From a virus, in the IMG/VR virus record IMGVR_UViG_3300046170_000446, positions 32,001 to 96,000 of that record: a DNA stretch of 64,000 bases. One strand, 5' to 3'. This document shows, piece after piece, positions 57,620 through 64,000 of the stretch (position 1 is the stretch's first letter; the number at the start of each line of letters is the position of its first letter). Under the pieces are notes generated by a model. That model ran no database searches and was not told the origin of the DNA. It saw only the letters and a program-made list of their open reading frames with translations. A program made the position numbers and the translations under genes.

Positions 57620-58411
57620 ATGAAAAGAGTGGCTGAGGCTAAGAAAGCAGAAATCCTTACAGCAATCTTCGGGTCTGTCGAAGAAGCTGAAGCACGCTTG
57701 GATATGGTAAGAGAGGTATTTGAGAAAGTAGACCAATGGGCAGAGAGCTCCTTCTTTGCTTCTCTAATCGAACAAGTTGAAGGAGGTAAGATCACACCTC
57801 ACTTTGACACTCGCTCAGGCACATTAGACTTCGTTATTGGTGAACCTACGTCTGTTACTAATGACTCTCCGCTAAAAGCAGAGAAGCCCGCGCCTAAGAC
57901 CTCGAAACCGCGAAGAGTTAGACGCGCATTTAAAAACTCTGATGTCCGTAAAATATCTCTAGATGAGCTTAGGAAAGAAGCTGACAAGTTAGGCATTGAC
58001 GTGAGCCACTTAGGACGCAAGAAAAAAGAGATACTCGCGCTCTTGAATAGCTCTGCCGAAGAGCCTGAGGAGGTTAAGCCCGCCAAGTCTGTAGTGAAGC
58101 CTAAACCTAAAGCGGTAGAGCCTCCACTTCCTCAAACCAAGCCTCCGCAAGAAGAGAAGCCTAGCGACGACTTAAACTTCCTTGATGACTTTGACAACGA
58201 GCCTGTCGATGGAGGGAGTTTGTCCGAAGGCTTTGAGGTTGTTGTCGATGAGGTCTATATCCCTAAGTCTACCAAGTTTAACGCTACCTTATCGACAACC
58301 TTTGCGAAGAGAGGCAAGAAGGCTAATCTTAACCTAGGTTCGATCAGAGCGAGTGCGGGTGAGATTGACGTTGAGGATCTTCTTAAACCTGAGCCCAAGC
58401 CTGAGGCTTAG
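57620..58411 (+). CDS. Protein with an HEH/Rho-N-like module
   Basis: RBS AAGGAG; SLDELRKEADKLGIDVSHLGRKKKEILALL. Confidence 0.6.
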   Translation: MKRVAEAKKAEILTAIFGSVEEAEARLDMVREVFEKVDQWAESSFFASLIEQVEGGKITPHFDTRSGTLDFVIGEPTSVTNDSPLKAEKPAPKTSKPRRVRRAFKNSDVRKISLDELRKEADKLGIDVSHLGRKKKEILALLNSSAEEPEEVKPAKSVVKPKPKAVEPPLPQTKPPQEEKPSDDLNFLDDFDNEPVDGGSLSEGFEVVVDEVYIPKSTKFNATLSTTFAKRGKKANLNLGSIRASAGEIDVEDLLKPEPKPEA

Positions 58412-59338
58412 CCTTTACCGTAGTTTAAATAGTTAGCTACGGATTGGAGGATAGCGTGTGCTTGGGAGATTTTGCTCTCAGCCCAATCTTCTATGCAGGG
58501 GTTACTCTCAAGGTGCTTAAGAATGTCTCTAAGGTGGCTGTGGGTAGCGATAAGGTTTTGCCTGCTCATGTAGCAACCGTCAGAGCCTCCTAGTTGATCA
58601 AAAGCTCTTTTTACTGCTTTAGTCTTAGCTCTTTTCTCAGCGGCATCTAGGAAAGAAAGAGCAGTCCTCTTATCCGCAGACCGCGTAAAACTAAGGTTGC
58701 TAGGGAAAGTAATCCCTAAAGCCTTTGCCCTGCTTCTCAGCTCACCTGCGCTTGGTAAATTTTCATGTGAGCCATATTGATCGGCTAGCAAGACCCTTTG
58801 AACCGCTTGCATTTGCTTCGATGATAAATTGTCTCCGCGCTCTAACTGATTAATGATAGATAAAGTGAACGGAGAAGGGTCGAAAGACATACCCTTCAGT
58901 TTCTTAAGCAAAGTCTTGTTTTGACGCGTAATCTTAACGCCTGCTTTAGGGAAGAAATTTGCGATAGGTTTGCATCCAGGGGGCTCTTTGGAATGTGACT
59001 CTTTTTGCCGTAGCGACTTTCCCTGTAATGTCTAGGTCGTGAGTCCCTTTTAATACTACACCACCTTCATCTAATATGTAGTGTACCCAAAAATATTTAC
59101 CTCTAAATGAGGATTGGTGCGCTAAGACGAGCATTTTACTGCAAGCGAGAGTCCCTGCTGAAGTAAGGGAGCTTTGCGGGGCGAGTATAGCAGTGGGCTC
59201 GCTTAACCCATTTACGAAGTTGAGGACAAATCCTGCTTGAGCGGGGCTTGCCCAAGCCCCTCCCCTATTCTTGATAGCTCCTCTTAAAGACCTCGATATG
59301 TCTTCTATCTTGTCCATTTCTTGCTGTGTAATCGGCAT
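58408..59338 (-). CDS. Multidomain protein (~309 aa) with an HEH-like module and a C-terminal IEDWAESKIS domain; extra base at 58979-58983
   Basis: Removing one base joins 58946-59338 to 58408-58911 (RAPGCKPIANFFPKAGVKITRQNKTLL). Confidence 0.6.
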
Positions 59339-59396
59339 GGTATAACTCCTATAACCTTAATGTTAGAGACGCTTTATATTAGCTTAGGAGTATCAA

Positions 59397-59693
59397 ATGT
59401 CTAACGGTCAACAGAAAAACTGGTGGATCAGCAACGAGGGTAAGAATACTCTTGAAGAGGGAGCTCTCCCCGAAGAGACGGTGCTTGAGTTTCTTTGGCA
59501 GAACCCTTTTGCACGTAAAGACTTTGAGAAGATCGTACCTACGATGTCGGCTTATGAGAAGGAAAGACTCCGAAAATTAGTGCAGGATAATCCCTATATT
59601 AAGTACCTCATGCCCGACCCTCAGGTGATGGGCGATAAGATACAATCTAACCATAACAAGGCGGGGGTGCGGTTAAACCTGCCTAAGAGGTAG
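59397..59693 (+). CDS. Hypothetical protein
   Basis: RBS AGGAG. Confidence 0.6.
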   Translation: MSNGQQKNWWISNEGKNTLEEGALPEETVLEFLWQNPFARKDFEKIVPTMSAYEKERLRKLVQDNPYIKYLMPDPQVMGDKIQSNHNKAGVRLNLPKR

Positions 59694-59698
59694 CTCTC

Positions 59699-59956
59699 AT
59701 GGATAAGCTCAAAAGCAAAAAGTTCTTCGCCTTTCTCGTTGCAGATATCGGATGGAAAGCGTTTCTTTTCCTGATGATATATAAGTGGACACCTGAAGGC
59801 ACAACCACTACCATCATGCTCACCACAGTGGTAGTAAGTGGCTTCATACAAGCGGGGTACATCATTGGACAGGCGAGCTTAGATAAATATGTGCAAATCG
59901 CAGAAGTCGTCAGCAGACGCGACAGCAAAGATAAAGATAAGGGGCAAGGTAGTTAA
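59699..59956 (+). CDS. Small two-TM membrane protein, holin-like
   Basis: KLKSKKF followed by two TM segments, YIIGQA..D and a charged tail. Confidence 0.45.
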   Translation: MDKLKSKKFFAFLVADIGWKAFLFLMIYKWTPEGTTTTIMLTTVVVSGFIQAGYIIGQASLDKYVQIAEVVSRRDSKDKDKGQGS

Positions 59957-60350
59957 GTACATCCCCCACAAAATGTACGGCTTCCTTAGTGACGGGGAAG
60001 TTGTAGCTTTCTTCCATTTGTCTCAGTTTAATAGCGCCCCCCCTGAACCGATTGTCGGTGAGCAAGTAGAGTACACTCTACATACGTCTAAGACAGGTAA
60101 GACCTACTGCACAGAAGTAGTGCGCTTAACTGAGCCCTTTAGACTAAAAGGTGTCGTCTGCCACTTTGATAGCACTAAAGGCTACGGTAAGGTCAAAGCC
60201 GATGATGGCTCTCATTACTTTCTCCATCGCTCAGAGATGACTGACGGTAGGCATCCGAGCAAAGGAAGCGAAGTATTATTTTATAAAGGCATCCTGAAGG
60301 GCGAAAAGAGAGCCGTATATATTGATTTGAAGGAGCAAGGCAATGAGTGA
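59889..60350 (+). CDS. Tandem cold-shock-domain protein
   Basis: GKVVKY...YGFL...FFHLS and GVV.HFD..KGYG.V...YFLHRS. Confidence 0.8.
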   Translation: MCKSQKSSADATAKIKIRGKVVKYIPHKMYGFLSDGEVVAFFHLSQFNSAPPEPIVGEQVEYTLHTSKTGKTYCTEVVRLTEPFRLKGVVCHFDSTKGYGKVKADDGSHYFLHRSEMTDGRHPSKGSEVLFYKGILKGEKRAVYIDLKEQGNE

Positions 60351-60927
60351 AATATTCGGAGTAGCGAGAAGCTACACAAAACTCTCAGAGATTGAGCAAG
60401 AGTTTTTAGAGCGCATGACCGCCTCTCAAAACTTTGTTATCCACATTGTAGGCTGGGGCTATGTAGAGAACCCTAGGGTTAAGTTTGGTGACTTAAGATT
60501 AGGTCTTGAGTTTAGACTCGACTTTGTAAAGCCACATGAGCCAGTGCCTGTTCACTACTTTGACTTAGAGCTGAGGACAAGATCAGGAGTCCTTCTATTT
60601 AAAGAGCGCCAATCTTGTATGTATGACGGGAAACCTGTGCTTGTGGGAGCAGGTCTTTTCTTCGACCTCGCGTGGGACATCGCAATCACCGCGATTGATC
60701 CGAAGCTGATTAAGATGGTGATGCCTAACACTATCGGACTCACCTCTAGGTTCATCGACAAAGAGACTCAGCAAGTGTCTCTTTACGGCAACACTAAGAT
60801 GAGTGCTCAGGACAAGAAGCACCTAGAGCGAATGAGAGTTGCCGAGGCACTGTCTAAGAAAGACACTAAAGATAAAGCACTGAAAGCTCAGGTAGCAGAG
60901 ACTAAGGCTGGAGTGGTAAAAAAATAG
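60343..60927 (+). CDS. Hypothetical protein
   Basis: 194-aa ORF, RBS AAGGAG. Confidence 0.6.
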   Translation: MSEIFGVARSYTKLSEIEQEFLERMTASQNFVIHIVGWGYVENPRVKFGDLRLGLEFRLDFVKPHEPVPVHYFDLELRTRSGVLLFKERQSCMYDGKPVLVGAGLFFDLAWDIAITAIDPKLIKMVMPNTIGLTSRFIDKETQQVSLYGNTKMSAQDKKHLERMRVAEALSKKDTKDKALKAQVAETKAGVVKK

Positions 60928-60984
60928 CTCCGCTTTTAAACTCATAATGCCCCCTAACCGACACAACCTAAGGAGGGGGGTGCT

Positions 60985-61281
60985 ATGTCTTTAAGAGTTC
61001 ATTTAAAACAGGTCGAAGTCTCTTGTGACACTTGCTTGAGGAGTTGGTTTACAGTATCGAAGAAAGAGGTGGAGACTTTAAGGAAGCTATGCTCTAAAAG
61101 AGTACCGCCTCTCGATAGAGATCGGAGGGTGGCGCTTCTCCGCAGAAGATACAACAGGCTCGCTCAAATAATCGAGATACTAGCTTCCTCAGAGACGAGC
61201 CTAGAGATCATACAGCCAAAGATTAGGGTCTTGAAAAAGATCGTGGAGTCGCTCGGAGACTCTTTGAAAGACCGTAGGTAA
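60985..61281 (+). CDS. Hypothetical protein (CxxC)
   Basis: RBS AAGGAGG. Confidence 0.55.
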   Translation: MSLRVHLKQVEVSCDTCLRSWFTVSKKEVETLRKLCSKRVPPLDRDRRVALLRRRYNRLAQIIEILASSETSLEIIQPKIRVLKKIVESLGDSLKDRR

Positions 61282-61296
61282 GAAAGGAATACCAGC

Positions 61297-61944
61297 ATGT
61301 TAAGACAGATCGGGGTCAGGGCTTACGCAGAATACTTTTGCCCTCTTAATCAATCCCACAGGTTTGAAACACTACTCTCTCCCATTGAAGCACCTCCACA
61401 CGGCTTGAAGCCTATACAGAGTGCAGAGAGTCCTTCTCTACTTTACCCTGTATATTATGCTGAGCCCTGTGAGAGAGATGGCGGTTACCTCTGCTTATCT
61501 CTTAGAGAAGACTCGCCTGCTTATGAGGACAGAAGGGCGCTGATAGAGGACTATTCAGAGGTGCGAGGTACGATTACTCAAAAGTACAGCTACACTCCTT
61601 GGAGTCACATTTCGTTTGAAGAAAAGCTCTTTAAGGCGATGTTTAAGGCTGAGCTGATGTTCCACTTTGACTACAGTCATGCACTAAGCGCCATAGTTTT
61701 AGGGTCTGACGGGCTTATTAAAGAGCCTCGCTCCATTATTGAGGCTTGTGACCTACTGCTCATGTCCCGCTACATTGCAGATAAAAAGTGCAAGACAAGG
61801 GACAACCTAGAAGTACGCTTCCATGACACTCTTACCATGAAAGTCTTAGAAGACGAGTTTGAAGAGCACACCTTGACTCTTCACAGCCCTGATAACCCGT
61901 ATCAAACTGTTCTGAGTGTTCTTAGATCAGCGCCGAGGGGTTAA
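61297..61944 (+). CDS. Hypothetical protein
   Basis: 215-aa ORF. Confidence 0.55.
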   Translation: MLRQIGVRAYAEYFCPLNQSHRFETLLSPIEAPPHGLKPIQSAESPSLLYPVYYAEPCERDGGYLCLSLREDSPAYEDRRALIEDYSEVRGTITQKYSYTPWSHISFEEKLFKAMFKAELMFHFDYSHALSAIVLGSDGLIKEPRSIIEACDLLLMSRYIADKKCKTRDNLEVRFHDTLTMKVLEDEFEEHTLTLHSPDNPYQTVLSVLRSAPRG

Positions 61945-62398
61945 GACAACTCAAAGAGGGGTTTCGGCTTGAAAACACAAGCGCCTCTTTTTGACCGAAA
62001 ACGCTTACGGACATCCCTTTTCGCAAAGAAATCCTTACTCGGAGAGTTCAAGCTGTAATGTTAGGGTTTTCATTACAACCTGAAGATGTCTAAAGTAAGC
62101 CAATCTCGCGAGCTAAATCCTAATATTACGGCTCAGATGCTGGCGAGGATTTTTAAAACCGCTTAGTTCTGGTTAATTCCGCCCGCCCAGCGCGTGTGGG
62201 GATGCCTCTGCTCTGCGAACCTATTAAGTGCTTGAAAACAATAGTTTATTAAAGGGGAGGGGGTTTCTGCCTTCAAACTCCCCCCTCTCCACGGCGAGCC
62301 TCTAAAACTTGATGTAAGAGGTCTTCTCGTTAGAGCACTTATAAGGAATTAATATCAGTAAACATACTGCAAACATTTTTCCTAAGCGAGGTTGGCTT

Positions 62399-64000
62399 AT
62401 GAACAGTCGAGTAGCCGCAAGGCAATTCTTCAGCCCCCATAAGGGCATTGTCCCTAAAGAGGTTTTGGATAAGGCTATGGGCCGTATTCTTGACGACCTC
62501 TTAGGTTTGAAAGAAGAGAAGCAAAAATCTATCTTCCCTAACTCTGTCCTTACAGGTCTTCGTCAAAGTGCTCTCGCCACAAAGGGCATTGAGAGAAAAG
62601 ATTGGTGGGCTGTTCGTAACGGTACTATCGCAGTTTATGAGGATTTGTGTACCTTTGAGGTGTTGTTAGCCTCAGTCATGCCCAAGGCTATAGTAGGTCA
62701 GTCAATCATGGAGACTGACCTGCAAGGTGACTTTAAGAAGAGCTACAGCATCCTCTTGAAAAACCTTCTCTCTAAGAAAAACAACCCTGCTACATATGTA
62801 AGAGTTAAAGCGTTAGGTGATCGCATTAACCGCGTCCTCGGTCGCCTAGAGAATACTGCAAAGTCTGCTTACGTATCTTGTAAGGCAGACTTTGACTCTT
62901 TTAGAACGACCCCTGTGACGAGCCTTGACCCGCTACGTAGCTACTTTAATGGTGAGCTTGGGCTTTCACTCTCAGATCCGCAAATCCAAAAAGGTATCGG
63001 CTCTGATGGAACACTTACAGAGCAGTTTCTCTTTGACGCTTTTAGCGAAGCCTGTAAAAACTTCGCAAAGAATAAGCGGTTCGGGACACTAAAGAAGCAA
63101 CTTAAAGCCTTCCTAGACCCTACCAAGGGGCTCTTCGTTGAGTATATCACCTTGATCTTGGACTCTATCGAGACGTTCAAGCGTAAGGAGCTTGTCTACT
63201 CATCGCGAACCCGCGCTACTATGATTAAGCAGATTTCTGATATCAGCCAGTCAGTCTATGACATCAACGTAGCTAATCGTACTTTTAACGGGATGACTAG
63301 TGAAGAGCGTATTTCCTATTGCGCTACAATGTCTCTGAGCGACCTTTTAGACAAAGGACTTGTCAGCCTCTATCCTGGAGTCAGCACTGAGGATGCTCTA
63401 GCTGTCCGACGTGATGAGATTAGTGCCTCTCTTAAGTCTACTAAGAAGAGCACCAAAATCTTCGGTGTCGTACAGAGAAAGAAGCGCGGTGCTTTCTTTA
63501 GCTACGGTGTTTGGCGTAAGGCGCGTGCAAAGGAGCTCGACCTTAAGGGTAGCTCCGATAGCATTAAAACGGCAATCCTTGAGAACGACTATATTACAGA
63601 GGTCGCTGAAGATTACGTCAGACGATATATGGAAGATAAAGGCTACGAGAAAGTCGGCAAAGACCAAGTAGTCTTCTTACCTGACAACGGAGGCTCTCGA
63701 AAAGTCTTTGAGTACAAGAAGAAGGGTGAGCCCACTCGCTTTATTACTATTAATAAAGAGGACATGGCTAACATTAAGACTCCTCTTGAGTTCGACACGA
63801 TGGAAGACGTTCGCGACCACTACAAGCAGGTCAACCGTCCTAACCAGCTCTTGCTCAAGAACCCTTATGTTCTTCAAGACCTTCAAAGCCGCAATCTCCC
63901 TAAGATTACAGAGGCGATGGAGTCTCAGCTCTTCGGTGATGTTGTCTACAAGTCTCTTTCAGATGACGCTTCCTCAAACTCAATCACCCGTGTCTATCCG
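62399..64000 (+). CDS. Large hypothetical protein, 3'-truncated (>534 aa, not in the ORF track), starting MNSRVAARQFF
   Basis: ATG 62399 after GAGG; the portions read and the in-frame window end indicate it runs off the window. Confidence 0.7.
   Translation, partial: MNSRVAARQFFSPHKGIVPKEVLDKAMGRILDDLLGLKEEKQKSIFPNSVLTGLRQSALATKGIERKDWWAVRNGTIAVYEDLCTFEVLLASVMPKAIVGQSIMETDLQGDFKKSYSILLKNLLSKKNNPATYVRVKALGDRINRVLGRLENTAKSAYVSCKADFDSFRTTPVTSLDPLRSYFNGELGLSLSDPQIQKGIGSDGTLTEQFLFDAFSEACKNFAKNKRFGTLKKQLKAFLDPTKGLFVEYITLILDSIETFKRKELVYSSRTRATMIKQISDISQSVYDINVANRTFNGMTSEERISYCATMSLSDLLDKGLVSLYPGVSTEDALAVRRDEISASLKSTKKSTKIFGVVQRKKRGAFFSYGVWRKARAKELDLKGSSDSIKTAILENDYITEVAEDYVRRYMEDKGYEKVGKDQVVFLPDNGGSRKVFEYKKKGEPTRFITINKEDMANIKTPLEFDTMEDVRDHYKQVNRPNQLLLKNPYVLQDLQSRNLPKITEAMESQLFGDVVYKSLSDDASSNSITRVYP

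Noticed and set aside
62254-62295. tRNA or tmRNA 3' end (TTCAAACTCCCCCCTCTCCAC)
   Set aside because: No pairing T-stem or matching 5' acceptor strand; it is a simple G/C hairpin.
62941-63886. Short ORFs listed in the last 1.1 kb
   Set aside because: All overlap the long + strand ORF that starts at 62399 and runs off the window.
1-64000. Alternative genetic code (stop-codon reassignment)
   Set aside because: Conserved genes are full length in code 11 and use all three stops; the gene breaks are frameshifts, not in-frame stops, and no suppressor tRNA is seen.

Overview
A 64-kb piece of a large (jumbo-type) tailed dsDNA phage genome. The host is probably Gram-negative; it cannot be identified from this window. 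Layout: (1) 1-11.5 kb, + strand, head module: terminase C-terminus, portal, acidic core/scaffold proteins, prohead protease, decoration protein, HK97-type major capsid. (2) 11.6-23 kb, accessory region: outer-membrane beta-barrel, glutamine synthetase II, Ntn-hydrolase, three tRNAs, cytosine-deaminase-like amidohydrolase. (3) 23.5-34.6 kb, - strand, replication/recombination block: RecA, RuvC, SSB, RecD2-GIY-YIG fusion, NrdAB, clamp-loader delta/delta'. (4) 35.2-36.1 kb, iteron-like non-coding region. (5) 36.1-51.5 kb: a ~2195-aa protein with a histone-H1-like tail, a sigma factor, three paralogous membrane-hairpin proteins, a SET-domain protein and an amidase. (6) 51.5-64 kb: GroEL-like protein, family A DNA polymerase, tandem cold-shock protein and a truncated large ORF. 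The most interesting signals are (a) a pervasive [KR]-x-A-(S) motif and shared leader peptides that mark a large set of putative head-packaged, protease-matured proteins; (b) a SET methyltransferase near Lys-rich histone-like proteins that carry repeated HEH/Rho-N-like DNA-binding modules; and (c) two distinct phage promoter motifs. Eight single-base insertions split genes in the ORF track and are most likely long-read errors. All product calls rest on motif recognition by eye; no database searches were run.
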